64,000 nt of DNA from Tubiluchus corallicola (GCA_030141605.1 JAQGDQ010000164.1:310001-374000), one strand, 5' to 3'. Counted from the stretch's first letter, positions 12,905-47,673 are shown. Made by a program: numbers and translations. Notes: generated by a model from the sequence alone, not told the origin.

Positions 12905-15900
12905 ATGACTGAGGGTAAGTTAAACTAACCCAGTGGTAGTTGACTAATCGTAACCTATGCAGATATTTTTTTATTTACACCTGTATGTAGTACATTTTGC
13001 TGTTACTGTTAGTGTTAGCATATGTATACACTCTGAGAAAATATTAAACAAAAATGCTAGAGCAAAATATTGTTATCATAAGAGACATGCAAGGAGCTAA
13101 GCGCACATGCTGAATGGCGATGTCACATTTATGATGCCACCAGCCCCACCACTTTTTGCTTTTTTTATATAGTGTAATGATCATTCATTTTCAACTCCAA
13201 AACGGGTCTATATGCGATATGGAATATTTAATGTAGATCATTATAATTTTAATTTCTAGTTTCTATGTTTACATATATACAACATTTTAAGCAAAAAGGA
13301 ATGATGATAGTAAACAATGCAGATAAACCCCGACCTTTTAGTGATCCAAAACCAAAATTTAATTATTGTCTTTTCGAGTTTTAGTTTTGCTTGTGCGTGT
13401 GCAACTAAAGCATACTTACATACTGCATTGGCCTATAAACATAGCCAGAATTGTTCAGCAAAGCTGAGTACCAAGTTTGGGTGAGGGGTAGCCACCCCTC
13501 CTTTTAAAAAAATTATGGGGTCTACATAATGCCAATTCACAGCTTCCTATGCTTTCTTTTGTGGGCATGTTCGCATGGTCAGTTAGGCAGCCAAACTTTC
13601 AAAAGTAAAGTAAATTGAGTAGTGTAAGTTTATCATATCAGCATGTGAAAACCTTGACAGGTCAACATCATATCATACGCCAGTTAATCAAGTAGCTGGA
13701 AAAAGTTTCAACCTTCATCGACCAGTAATTTGTTCAGTAGGGCATAGTCAAAAGGCAGCTCAACTATTCTAATGATGTTTTTGGTATTGACTATCCATTA
13801 TTTGGTAGTCATTTGGTATCCATCAAAATGTCACAGGATAACAACATGTTGTGTGAGTAGTATATGCTATTTTGGGCGATTTCAAAGCATCTTATGTCTC
13901 ATTGAGCCTATTATCTTAGGAAGCCTTGTAGAAGCCATTTTTCTTGCTAAACACATTTTGCTTGCTTGCAGTTCATTCTGTGTTTTGAAAATGTATTATG
14001 AAACTTTCGAAATTTCTAACATTGTGTATTTACAGTTGATAAAGTAAAAGTGCTGTGGGTCCATCCTGAGTCTGACAGTGAAGACTTCGGCAGTGGAGCG
14101 AAGAGTGTTCACATGAAAAAGGAGAAGATGGTTGATTATAGTCAACCTCGCAAAGAACAGCAGCTTATCTACAAGATAAGCGACAAACTTCCGCTCTTCC
14201 TCTGTATATTCTTTGGTCTCCAGGTCAGTGAAATAAGGAAATCAGTAGATCTAGTGCATGATTATATATATTGCCATGTAGTGGAGTAGTGGAACATAAA
14301 TATTAGCTTTTAAACATGCTAGTATGATAAGAAACCATATAATACTTTGTTAAAGTAACAGGCCATCCTGTGGGCATTAGAAACCTATACGATACCTGCA
14401 CAGGTTACTCTTGAACATAGTAATTTTTTCTGGCTTTTGTCTGAATCAAAAAGTTAGGTTTTCACAGGTTCTTTCATTTTCATATCTATATGTATATATA
14501 ATAATCAAAGCTGCTTTAACTAAGTTACTGCTTACATTGTATATATTGCCCTTTGTTCTTTCCAGTAAGGGCTGTATAATGTCAAGTATACTTAACATAT
14601 TTAGCTTGCAGATTACAACATTGGTTTTGCTTTGGAAACAGTTCAACAGTCCAAATATTTTTCATTGTTCTTACAACACAGAGTTTATACGGCTATTTGT
14701 AATATTATACTTTTATGCAGTCATAATCTAATCAATGCTATTTATAATAATGTTATGTGTTTATGATAGCAACTTGTGTTAATTTTCACACATGGGAATT
14801 TTGTCCATAGACCTCTTTTAAATTTGCAGAAATTAAGTCCAGTGTTTTGGAAATATTTAAAAAGCTTATGAAGCATGGCGAATTGTACAATGCATAGTTC
14901 AACGTTTCAAGCTCTTTATAAAGTGCAAGGCTAATAAGGATTTGATTAAATGACAAGTGCAATTCCCACTTAGAAATAAGGTATAATCACATTCAAATAC
15001 TTTATAGCCAGTCTCAAGAAAAGTCCAGTTATCACTTGGAAATCATCCAAGCATTTTTGTCGTGATGTAAAAAGTTGCATGATTTATAAATATGGTACTT
15101 ACATGATCAAGTGCAGTAATAGGCATGTACTATTGTGGATGTTGCAATCTTGATATTTCTTCTTGAAAAGATTTATTTTTATTACATTATATCACTGTCT
15201 CTAATTTTTACTTTCATCATGATAATGTTATCATTATTCGACAGCGATCTGGATAAAACAACAGGACCAGGGTTTACTTCAACTTACTAGTCACAATAGC
15301 TATTATTTTGCACAGGGTATCTTTGTATACACTGTGACCATTCCGCTATTCATTTATTGGTTCAATTTCTACTTCAACTGCCTTGGAATCATACTGTTAT
15401 GTTTTCACTATATATAACCAATTATGTCAGCAATAAACAGAAGAAATTGGCTCTCATAAGCATATTTTTTGTTTTTCTAGCAAGCTCTGCTATCAATAGC
15501 CCTTCAACTTACCGTATCTTTGTTAGTGGCTGAAGTTGTTTGTGCAGGTAAAGATGAGGAGATGAAAGCAAGATTGCTTAGCTCTACGCTCTTCATGACA
15601 GGTTTTACTACCGTAGTTCAGGTCATACTGGGAGTGAGGTAAGACCCTTACTCAATTTCCACTAGGAATTAGGTAACTTTCTTGCAAAAAATCAATTAGA
15701 ATGAAGTTTTGCGCAAAGAATGAAGTTAAATTATTATTTCTGTTATACTAAAAGTGATGTGAGTCATTGTTTACACTGGTCAGTATCTTAGGGGTATTTA
15801 TAATGAAAAAATAAAGTTGCTGTTCAACCATGCACAGTGGAAAAGATTCTGGGTCATTAGTTGTTGCAGTTGCAAGTAAGAAGAAAACAAATGTGACTTA

Positions 15901-18900
15901 TGGTATTTTGAAGATTGGGTAAGACGACTGAAGCTGATTGCAAATAGCAAACCATTTGCTGGTGCTATTTATTAGTTGCCTCATCAACTAAAAGTTATCT
16001 AGCACTGTGAGGCACATCTAATTTTTGGAGTAAACGAAATAAATTGCTAAGGGATCATAGATGCTAAAATAGTGCAATCATTGGTTAATATTACGGTGTG
16101 CGTGAGATCTGTGTTTCTAGGATCATTGATCTTATTATGTTGTCATTTATAAACGTGTTCACTATTTTTTATGTGCTTTCTATGATGTAAAACATTTATG
16201 TTGCATATGTGTATTTCATGAGTTAGGGCTGATGGCTCCACCTTTAGAAGAAACCCCAGTTACTTCCTAAAAATCATTTTGATTTTACTTAGATACCCTA
16301 GCTATGGTAATGTTTAAGTAAAAAACCTGTAATATGTACCACACATAGACAGCTTTCTTTTGAGTTTTGATCTCTTAGAGTTAATTGAGTACTTTAAATT
16401 TTATTTTTTAATGAAATAAGGATGTGATTTGTATTAGTAATAAATATGGTTTAAATTGGAAAGCTTCCATATTTACTATTATGAAAGTACACAAAACTGT
16501 GTTTCGTGAATTTCACAAAGCGTGCCAGTGTTTTAGATTAGATTAGATTCCGAAATGGAAATTTCATACTTGTTCACTGAATTAATTTACCAAAAAACAC
16601 ACATTTTACCTGTGCTGTTTAAATGACTTCAAAACTTGTTCTGTTTTTAAGTGTTTTTTGCATCTAATATTCCTTTGTCAATTGCTTTGATAGATAGGGT
16701 AAGTAAAGTATAAAAGTATTGTAAAAAGGCAGTCTTATCAATCCATCTTACCAATCACGTTTGTGTTGATTTGATTGTTTATGGTTAATGGTGTAACTCA
16801 CAGGACACATTGTATTCAGAGAAAGGTGTTTTACTGTTTGCATTACTGATGCAGAAATACCAAGAACCATGCCCGTATTTTTCTTTTGATCTTTCAATTA
16901 TTATATTTGTTTTGGTCATTGGTCAAAGTTTCTTTAGAGGGTTGCTAGGTAATATTTTTATTACACTCATGTCTTACAAGGTTAGAAACTTTTGGGTCGA
17001 TTAAATTTTTCTTATTTTTTTCTTATAAGTTGATAGACATCATTGTACAGAACCCATTTATTAGTTGCTAGTGCATTGTGGTCGGCAAAGGTGGTGTAAA
17101 TGACACTTAGATCAGTTTGTTTCTGTAGTGTCATAGTTGTTATTAATTGCAGTAAAAACTGGTTTACAAGGGTTTGCGACTTAATGACCTGAGGGTGAAC
17201 CCAGGCAATACGACAATATTGTATCAATGTTTGGACATTATTTTTGCAAATATTGGGACAATATAGAAATGTGGACTTGCCACAACATAGAACGAATAAT
17301 TTTTTAACAATGTGTGTAAACCACGTGTTTCCAATGTTAGGCGACAATATTGATTCAATTTTGTACCAACATTGGACAACAATATTGGTGCAATGTTGTA
17401 CCAATATTGGACAAAAATATCCATTATTGTACATACAATATTTTCTGGTGGCAATATTTTCTGAACATATATTTTGGCAAGATCCTGACAATCTTGTGAC
17501 CATATGGTGACACTATTGTGTGCTGCCTGAGAAAGGGGAACCAGTATACCGCTAGCCATGTTTCATACATCAATATGCGATTAAATTGCTGGTCTTCAAC
17601 GTTAAAGCAAAGCCTTTTTGAGTTTGACGTTTGTTTTTTGTTCATGTTAAACTGTGACTTGTCACCTTTTTATTTGCAGGTTGCCTGTGCTTCAAGGTGC
17701 ATGCATTGACTATCTTGCCCCTCTTCTTGCTGTGTCTTCTATTGATTCAACATTCTGCAGTGCAGACACTCCTACAAGTAACTTTCATTTCACTGTAAAT
17801 CATTAAAAAACCCTACTTTAATTTCATTATAAAGTGCTTGTAAAATAATTGGCAGCTGGTTCACTGATTGATTCATTGACTGGAAGTGAGAATTATATTT
17901 TTCTATGCCTGTATTCATATTTTTGCTTTCTCTGGGGCTGAGGTGAGCATTCTTTATCAGAAAGGAAAGAGGTATTCAAATTCGAATTTAATTTTAAAGA
18001 TTTTCGAACAATTTTTCGAACCATTGATAAAAGTCTGTCTCGCAAAAACATGCATATTTCTTGATTTTGTTCTGCAAGAAAAACAGTAATAGCTGTTTAT
18101 AAATTGTGTACTGAAATCATGTCTAAATTGTGCTGATGTCATGATGTTTCAAACGTTTTAATGATAAAGAACATATGTAATTGAAGTGGCAAATTATTCG
18201 AATCCACAATTAAAGTTTGAATCAAATTCGAATTAAAAAAACTTGTCCGAATTTGAATCTTTAAATTTCTCATCCGTACTAATAAATAACTAAAAGCTAA
18301 AGATTTCCCTAAAGAAATCATACATCAAGACGAAAAGGCTAGCTAACTGGCCCAGTTTTGTTGCAGTTTTGGATCAAGCATCTAATGCAACTGACATTGA
18401 GGCTCAACGAGAAGTTATATTACATAGCCTCCAGTCAGTAAGTAGCAAATATCTACCCTTTATTGTATGTAAATGATACAACAATAGGGGTTGTCTAGAT
18501 CTATTCAGAATTGTTCGTCTTTGTGTTGTTTAGTATATACATTCTTTTGTATTCACCCAGGATAGGACTGTATCTGCAAGCTTTGCTTAACTAATACAAA
18601 ACCAGTTTGTAATGCCAATGTCTTATTAGCTTTACATTGCAAGTTATTATTATTAGTTATCTTCAGCCTCGTCAAAGCCCCATTAATGGATACAATCCAT
18701 TGTCTTTAATTTGTCTGAAAGAGTTTAAATGATTGAACTATGCATTACTCTCTTTTAACAGATTTTCATTTTTTCAATGTATTTTTAGGCACTCCTGTAA
18801 GACACTTTTCCCATCTAAGATCAGAATATACAAGTAAATGAACATACGATTGATTGAAAAGTGGAGGAGCCCCCCCCCCCCCCCGTATTTATAATAGGTG

Positions 18901-21900
18901 TCATAGCACAGTTATGGCAAAAATATTACAAGCTTTGTTTTCTTCATTTTAAAGATGACAAGCCAGTCTCAGTCCCAGTTCAAAGTCAAGTCAAGATTCT
19001 TTTCAAATACTTGAGATGTTTCTAGTCAGGCATTGCCAAGAGGCACATTGCAGTAAGTACCTATACAAATAATATCATCAGCACAGATGTTAAGCTTAGG
19101 GAGTACAGAGTCCAGCAGGATGTTGTTGATAAATAGCAAAAACAAGCTAGGGGCTATTATAGATTCTCGAGGAACACGACTTCTGTTTTCATATACAAAC
19201 AAAACTGCCCCTTCATAAACAACTTCTGTTTGTAATTGTTGAGATATGGTGATATGATAGACAGAGCATTGCCACTTTGCCTTATGATTGAAGTTTAATT
19301 ATGGAGTAGACATCTTTGCCAGACTTTATCATAAGCCTTGGCGGTGTCAAGAACTATTAGTCTAGCCTCGCCTTGGTGTAAATCTTTATTAGTTTGCTCA
19401 GTGATTAGAGACTGACATACATGTTGTTAGAACTGTGTATATTTGTGTGTATTTCTAAAGTAAAGGTCATTAGCCTTATGTTAATGAAACAAAATATTGC
19501 ATATATCCACAAGTTAACCTTTGAGTAAAATTAAAAGTGGCAGATATATCTTCTTTGGCTGGCTGATCACCAACAGCATCCAGTTACTGTGAATGAATGA
19601 CAGTCTGGTACCTTTTTAGTGGCAGCAAAAATTGCCTGTCGCCAGTTTTGTGTGTTTACACATTAGAGTTGAAACTTGATATTACATCACAGCTGTGTTA
19701 TTTTCTGTATAGATGTATTATGTGCTTTATGTTAACCAAGTGGGTTTATGTTGCTTCAACATTTTGCAGTTAGAGTTTGTTCTTTGGCCTGCTATTTGTC
19801 CTCAATGATTTGGTTGTCTCAAGGAAATGAGAAAGGAAATAATATTTTTATTGAACCCGTCTTACTTTTTATGAGTTAATATTAATAATTTAAAAATAAT
19901 GATTTCAAACAGGAAAGAAAAAAAATTAATCTGCAACTAAAAAGCCATGTTAGAAGCCTAGCAATATGAATTCTCTATTTTGAAATTGTAGATTTTTGTA
20001 GTTTCATAAAGTTAAACAGCTTTAGCTTAAATATAACTATAGCTCATTTAATGAAATTGGTGCTTTTAAGGCAGATGCCCTGAAAAAGGTTTTATATTTC
20101 TTTATCACTAGTATTTAACCATCATTTTATTACAGCTACAAGGGAGCCTCATAGCTGCAGGAGTGATTCACACTGTGATAGGAGCAACAGGATTTGCAGG
20201 GTTTCTCCTGCGCTTTATTGGACCAATCACAATTGTACCCGCTCTCATGCTCATTGGAATATACTTGATTCGGGCATCAGCCAAATTTGTCTTTGTTCAC
20301 TGGGGTATAGCAGCTTTGTAAGTTGAAGTTTGGTTGATCTGATTACCTTAACTGATTTGTGGATAGCTGAATGGTTGTTATGGATGTTTAATAGCTGATA
20401 TTAAAAGAAGCTGGGTCAGCTGGTGCTGATAACGACAGAAACATAGTGTTCATGAATTAGCACAAATAATGAGTAGAAAACCTAGCCAATTCCTTTTATT
20501 GCATCTTCCATGTCAGTGGAACAGATGCTAGGAGTGTGTAAAGCTCCTTAAGAACCATGGAAGTAACACATCGCATTGTAGTTATAGCTGCTATTATGTA
20601 ATAGCTTCGTAAAGGATGGAACCATCACAACGTACATGTGGGGGTGAAAAGAATTGGCATTTTTTAGTCGTATGCTGCCGTCCCCTACATATATATATAT
20701 ATAATCATCATATGTATATGTAAATACATAGTGTTGCAAATCAAATGCTACTACATTTTGTGTTGCAACTATTACTAGAAATTTTCTGGAATATGTTGTG
20801 AACAGTTTGTGTTTTGCAGGACCTGCATTACGGCTTTGATTTTTTCACTGTATTTGGGAGGGAAATCAATGCCCATCCCAATGTGGACACGTGAAAAAGG
20901 GTTCCATGTGGATCATTACCCTCTGCATCAAGTTTTCTCTGTAAGTTAATTTACTTAAAATAACCCAATATGTAGCAATAATTTGAAAAACATCATCTGG
21001 ATAGTAGATTATCAATTAATGTTAATTTTTTCGTGGCTGTGTGAATTTGAACAGGTTTTGTGTAAAGAACTGCAGATGGCAAATTCAGGTGAGTTGATGA
21101 GTATTTTTGAAAACATAAATTTAGATATTTTGTGTAAGTTTATATCATTTGATTTTTGGTGGTACTTGTGCCACAAAGCTATATATGCTCCGATTTGTGA
21201 TAGCTATTTAAAAAAAACAGGACCCAATTTTAAATCATAGTGCAAAATGTGATACGTAAAATATTGAAAGGGAAAATGTTGTTTGTTTTGTCTTTCTTTT
21301 GGAAATCGTTCTCTTGAATATTGTTAACAACTTGCACTCATCAGGTAGTCTCGTTATCAGTTTTTGTTCATCACCTTGGTAACAGTCCTGCCTTCCTGTG
21401 TTGCTCGTAAATTGAGATAATTATGGCCTTTTAAATGTAACAGCGTTTAAGTATCATTTTATAATTTATGGAAGCATGAATGTAAAAAGTCGTTTTGTCT
21501 AAAATAGTGTAGAAAAGGTGAAATTTTAACTAATAGCATCTTATATTCGTGTCCATTTTTAGCAAAAAGAAATATAATTATTATAAGAAATTACGTCATT
21601 GCAGTTGTTGATTGGGATTGTTATTGGGTGGCTATTTTCCCTCATTCTCACTGCAACGGATGTTCTGCCGGATGATTCCTCAAGTCCTCAATATCTTGCA
21701 AGAACGGATTCACGTTCATATATAATCAGCGACTCCAGCTGGTTTAGCTTTCCATACCCAGGTAAGTGTTCACATTTCCATATGTAAACAGATGATGGAC
21801 ATCCCTCAATACTTTGACTAAAATATGCAGGTAAAGCAGGAATCATTTAAACAATGTTTTCTCTTACACGCACGTTATCAGTTTGCTGTTTAGGCAGGGA

Positions 21901-24889
21901 ATATTAGGCATAGAAGTTTAGAGCATGGTTACGTATTGGAATGTTTATCAGCATATGAGAGCTATGATTGATTTAAATGGCATATGGCAGCCATGATTGA
22001 CTTAGATGTTGAGATGCAACATGTTATGTTGTTGTGTCTGTTCAAACGCCCCCTGACGTACCCACGTAGTATTCTGACAGTTAACTAAATGTTCTGGTTA
22101 GACATTTTATTCTGCATGTTTTTGTCTCATAATCCATTCACTGTTTCTGTTACTACTACTGCTGCTGCTGCTAATTACCAATCATTCATTTAGTCAATGA
22201 TGCTTTTGCTAATTATCAGTTTCATTGGCTTGTACAAAATTTACATTTTTCAGGTCAGTATGGGGCACCCTTATTTAATGTCACTGCTTTTATTGCGTGT
22301 CTTATTGGAACAATCTTATCAATATTAGATTCAATCGCTGATTATTATGCTTGTGCAAAAATATGTCATGTGCCTCCGCCACCATCTCACGCAGTAAATC
22401 GTGGTTTGACCATTGAGGGAGCATGCAGTGCTTTATCTGGTGCTGTAGGGTGTGGTCACGCTACAACAACCTATGCAGCCAACATTGGGGCCATGGGTTT
22501 GACTAAGGTATGCATGTGATTCTTGCATATTCATTATTTCCTATTGATTTTGTACATGGAATAGGTTATATTATAATTCAAAGTAGCTTCAACAACTTTG
22601 ACTGTCCATTTCGAACTGTGCATGCTGTTCACTTTGTATCTTACTGTCATTTTCCCATTATTGCTTATAACTGTATCTTTTGAATAGAGTATATACCTTA
22701 GACATATTGTAAAATAGCATTTTGACCTGAAATGAAGTCGTGTGGTTCTTCTGGTGTTGATGAATAGAGCATCTTCATGACCATTAAACATATTAAATTT
22801 ATAACTGTTTTATTTATTTTCAAGTCGTGAAACAACACGTTCACAAGTGCTCCATTTTGTCAGGTTGCAAGTCGTCACGTGTTTGTGGCTGTCGGCATCA
22901 TCTATATGCTCTTTGGTGTGATTGGTAAGTTTTCTGCAGTCTTCATCACGATTCCCCATCCGGTGCTAGGTGGCGCACTCATTATCATTGTTGGAGCATT
23001 TATTGGAGTGACATTTTCAAATCTGGAGCATGTATCCTTGTCTTCCTCCCGCAGTCTCACGATCATCGGCACGTCGCTTGTTGTTGGCTGGATGGTGCCG
23101 TACTGGATAGAAACTGTGCCTGATGCTATCAATACGGGTAAAAGATGAATTTCTAGATACTATTTCATTTTTTAATAACTTGAAATATGAAAGATTTAAG
23201 TGGATGCCCTATGTTGTTGCTTTTCTGTATTGCTGAGCCTAATTGCTCATAATTGAAACCTGCACTATATATAAAAAATGGGAGGAAACAGATAAAATTT
23301 GTCATTTTTAGAATTAGCCTTTTTTGCCTTTTTTGAAGTAGTAAATGGGAATGAAAATTGTTGATGACAGTAATATTCTGTACAAGTAATTCTGTAGGTA
23401 ATGTTGATCTAATGGCAAAAATAGCGTATTTTGGAGCATTGATCTTTATAGCTTTTCACTGTGACGTATCTTTATTGTTCATATCCTTAGATTTACTGTA
23501 ATTTGCATTCATATTTTGATTATTCATCACTGTTCATTCGTCAATCACTGGTTAACTTCATTCATCAAGCGCCAAACAAGTTTGTTTAATTCGAATTTGA
23601 TTTAAACATTCAAATTCGATTTGAACCTAAAATTATGAGTTTGAATAATTCAGCACTTCAACTACATACGTTCTTTATCTTTTAAAGTTTGAAACAGCAT
23701 GCATAATTAACACATTTAGCTATGATTTCAGTACACAATTTTTATACAAATTATTAGTGTTTTGTTTCAGAACAAAATTGCGCAATATGCATTATCCTTG
23801 GAAGACAGCATTTTATTATATAATTAGAAATTCTTTATCATTGAATTCTAATTCGATTCAGATTTGAAATCTTGTTTCATTTTGAATTCGAAAATTAAAA
23901 ATTCGATTCCATTCAAATTCGCTTTCTGGTAGATAATGCTCATCATAACTGCTCAGTACATTGAACTCATTCTATTTAGGTAATGCAGCAGCAGATAGTG
24001 TACTGAAGATGTGTTTGGGCAATGCCAATTTGGCTGGTGCCATCCTTGCTTGTATACTAGACAATACTGTACCAGGTATTATACCAGCTTCTCCATTTTT
24101 TTTCATAAGTGAAGACAAGGGCTTGTTTTTTGTTTAAAATGACAAAAGAATGCTTACACTCTTTCCTTTTTTGTCAAAAAGAGGTGACACCACAAGTTTT
24201 CTGTATTATAGGATCATGTGACAGTGTTTACATTAGTTGTGACACCATGTACTAAATCTAGCATGGTTTTCATGCTAGTACCAATAGCCTGACATTCCTT
24301 TTGAACTCCCACGAGCATGCAAAGTTGTTTCCCACTTTCACTGGGTTCCCTACTTTGAATTCACATTTAACCATTGCAGTTTTATGCCTATTGTAATTGT
24401 TTAGGCTCAGCCATTTAATTCACCTTGTTCTTCAACCTAGGCAGGCTCCACGTCGCATAACTAATAGTATTTTCTATGGTAGCTGGTTCTGAGTCTTGTT
24501 GAATTTACATCATGTGGCTAATAATGTCTTGTTTTCTAACATTTATCTAATAATTTCACCTACAGTGGTTCCATTCTCATCTAGAATTTCAAATTGACAT
24601 TTCATTCCGGCATTTCGTTCGTTGTGTGAAGTGTAGAGAGCAGTATTCATCTAGTCTCTTTTAAATGTGAAAGATATTTTTCCACGTTTTTGTTTCTTTG
24701 ATAGGTACAGATGAAGAAAGAGGAATTACAGCTTGGAGAACAGTGCATGTGGCATCCGACACAAAGCATTACGAGGAAGGGCTGGAAGTGTATGAGCCTC
24801 TTCTTCCCAAGTTCATCAAGAGAAGTCGTTGGCTCAAATATGTGCCATTTTTACCCGATCCAGCCCTTACTTCACACATTTATGGTTAA
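12905..24889 (+). CDS. SLC23-family nucleobase-ascorbate transporter (NAT/NCS2), paralogue A, 12 coding exons, about 597 aa
   Basis: Exons 12905-12914, 14036-14223, 15481-15638, 17680-17777, 18367-18437, 20136-20317, 20820-20940, 21605-21761, 22254-22507, 22864-23137, 23980-24075, 24705-24889; all GT-AG, total 1794 nt in frame. Motifs LQGSLI, RFIGPITIVP, ARTD, WFSFPYPGQYG, DYYACAKICHVPPPPSHAVNRG, NIGAMGLTKVASR, LDNTVPGTDEERG. Confidence 0.93.
17200..17531. mobile_element. MITE with CCCAG termini (EnSpm/CACTA-like) and internal CAATATTG repeats
   Basis: Left end CCCAGGCAATACGACAATATTG is an imperfect inverted match to right end CACTATTGTGTGCTGCCTGAG. AA dinucleotide on both flanks. Many internal CAATATT(G) palindromes. 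Confidence 0.6.
17938..18278 (+). mobile_element. TTCGAA-rich hAT-like MITE, copy 1
   Basis: Begins GAGGTGAGCATT, ends CTCATCCGTA. Shares the internal block AAATTGTGTACTGAAATCAT with the reverse complement of 23575-23948. Confidence 0.6.
19060..19420 (-). mobile_element. Decayed CR1/jockey-type reverse transcriptase fragment
   Basis: Minus-strand translation gives GEARLIVLDTAKAYDKVW (LDxxKAFDKVW motif) and RVPRESIIAPSLF / LLFINN (GVPQGS...LFIND motif) with a frameshift. Confidence 0.65.
23575..23948 (-). mobile_element. TTCGAA-rich hAT-like MITE, copy 2 (inverted relative to copy 1)
   Basis: Reverse complement starts GATGAGCATTATCTACCAGAAAG, compared with GTGAGCATTCTTTATCAGAAAG at 17943. 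Collinear similarity along the length. Confidence 0.6.
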
Positions 24890-27699
24890 AGTGGCATATG
24901 CATATGATGGTTGGAGATGCAGAACTCAGGAAAGCATTTTTTGCATTTTAAATTGTCAATGCAGGAAGCCTCAGGGTTTTATATAAGTAGAGTTTCTGGA
25001 AAAAACTTCTCCATGGTAAGGCAGTGAAAATGCCACAGATGGTTTACTGACTTGCTGTAAATAAATTTACGAATTTTTCCAACAACTTAAAAGCATGAGA
25101 AATCTGGTAAGTGCCAATATTGGCAAAATGCGGATGGTGCAGGTGTTTTAGTATATTACTCAAGTATATCGTTCTACAGCATCTCACAAGAGCTTTTGAA
25201 TTGTGATTCTGATCTATGTTTTCCTTGATTCTATGTTAAACATTATCTTTGCTGTGCCAGACAGTTTCAGACTGATGTGTTTGATCATATGCGTCTTATA
25301 GTATGTCTCAGGAGTAGAACTTTTGGTAGGTTCAGAGCATGTTTGGTGATATGTTTAGTTCTAACTTCATGGTAGTAAAACCAACATTTCAGCTTATCTT
25401 CTCATAAATTTTGCCAAGTAATATATTGATGTAACTGCTGGAATGCTTTGTTTACATTAGTTTCAAACTCATGTCTCTTATTTAATCTTGTGATATGTTT
25501 CTACATGCTCTTAAGTGCAAGTTCATATGTTAGAAGGACAAAAACAAGTTTTAAATTTCATTTATACTGAGTATTACTTGTCAGTACAGTATGTTTTCAG
25601 TTTTTCTGAATTTATTTTAACATTGCTTTTTCTACTAACAAGAATGTGTTGGAAACTAACTCACTTGTTTTATTATAGCCTGTAAGATTTTGAAAGGAAT
25701 GTATTAACTTTATATCAGGGATGTGCATCTAAGATGCATTTAATTTCAAGCCATGTACAATCTGCTTTGTTGAGAACTTACAGTAACTTAGCAGAAATCA
25801 TTTCAGCAAAAATGCTATTATTTATGGATTTTTGAGCCGTATAACAAAAGTGCTACTTAAAATGGCTGTTGTGATTAAAACTTTTAATGACACATGTTAA
25901 GTCGTTCAACTGTCATTGTAAATGGCTGCTTCAGTATTGTTTTTTACACACTCTAAATTTATACTAGTTAATAGCTATACATGTATGTTTATGTATCAAT
26001 ATTCTTCAGTATAGGGTATTTGTCAATATTATAGAATGTAGTGAGTGTTATATAGCATTTTACCATCAGATAACTTCAACACTACTAGTAAAATTTACAA
26101 GAGCATAGTTATAGCCAAACTGCAATATTGGTCAGCTTGTAAAATCATTTTCTTATCAATCATACCAAATGTTCTGTGTCACGAATTCCCGTAAATAAGT
26201 TCAATTTTGCCTTCATTGGCCTATGAGACATTACAGTTATTGCTAACTGATTTATTCTGGTTCTTAATATAACCTGTGCAGGCCTACGTAGTCCTACATA
26301 GTGGTGCCCACACCCGTAATTTTGAATAGTGTTACCATTTGGCTGTTGTATTTGCTACATGTATAAGCAACATCATTAGTTACAACTAACTTAGGTTTTC
26401 TTGTTTTTTCATAGTTAAATGACTATTGAGCTTATGCGACGATACAGCTCGTAACATTAAATGAATAGTGAATTAGTGCAGTAAGCTTAGTGATATGATA
26501 ATCTGTAGTTTGATTATCTTAACTTGTCTACTTGTGATTGAATGAGATGTGGTCATTTTAGTTGTGATATAAATTAGTTTGATATGATTATGCTACTTTA
26601 CCTGTGATAACCTGCAAAGTAATAATGTATTTGTCTATTTGCTCCAGAACATACAAGTTATAAACAAACTTTTTGTGGTCACTTTTAACAAATAGTTGTG
26701 CTTTCATAGATATGTAACTAGAAATGAAACTAAATGGCATATCTTACTATTAGCAGTAAAATGCTTTGATGTATAACTTACAAGCTGTTGACATTATGCT
26801 GCTTATGTACTTCTTTCAATAAAATACAGAGTTAGACCATGTCAAAGTCACTGCAAAATACTGGAAAATTGAACATTTTACAGTCTAGGTAAATTTACAA
26901 GTTAACAGACTTTGCCTTTGCATGAACTTTCCATCAGTGATTGACAAACTATGATTTTTATGTAATGAATTAATTAGCAGCACAATTGAAATGCCAACAC
27001 TTATTGACATTGAATTAATAACATGAAAAAATAATTTTGTTCTTAATGTGTCTAGCTAAACAATTTTGTTATAGTTTACACATAAAGTCAGAAGTTGTTT
27101 TGCAGAAGCTGCCAGCAACTATTCTGACTCTCAGACAGTGTTACTTTATTATTATATCTTTCAACAAGTGGTTAAGTCTCTTCTGTAAAGTGAATGGCTT
27201 CTTGTTGAGTAGAGTCTAACAGACAAGTAATAATAGTAATAATAATTAATAATTTGCTTATTTTTTTAGCTTATTCAGCTGCTCTCGATTGCAGCGCTCG
27301 AGAAGAATAGTTTTCAAGCAGTGCGCTCTTTTCGAGATATTTCAACGAATTTGATACTGTATAGTGTACACAGCTCACTATAGTTGATTGATTTGAGTGC
27401 ATCATCCGCGTGTACGTCGAAGAGCTCTACTAGTTTCGTATTAAGCGGTAGTGTAGTGTGTTGAATGTGGCGAGCAAGTCCAAATTATTACGTAACAGCT
27501 TGTAGTGCTATACCCTATTTTAAATATTTTTTGTGAACATTTTTCTCCCCTATATACACGCATACTGTATGGCACCCGTCAGATCTAGCCAGAATCTGCT
27601 GTATTCTTTAAATCTGATAAGCCGACTCTAGCCTGACCATGATTTTTCTGGAAACAAACGCATAACAGTTTTTCCAGTTAGTATTAGGAGGGAAGAAGA

Positions 27700-47673
<19,974 letters not shown>

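Noticed and set aside
17012-17559. Overlapping 163-, 111- and 88-aa ORFs
   Set aside because: They lie over the CAATATTG-repeat MITE and show no recognisable domain.
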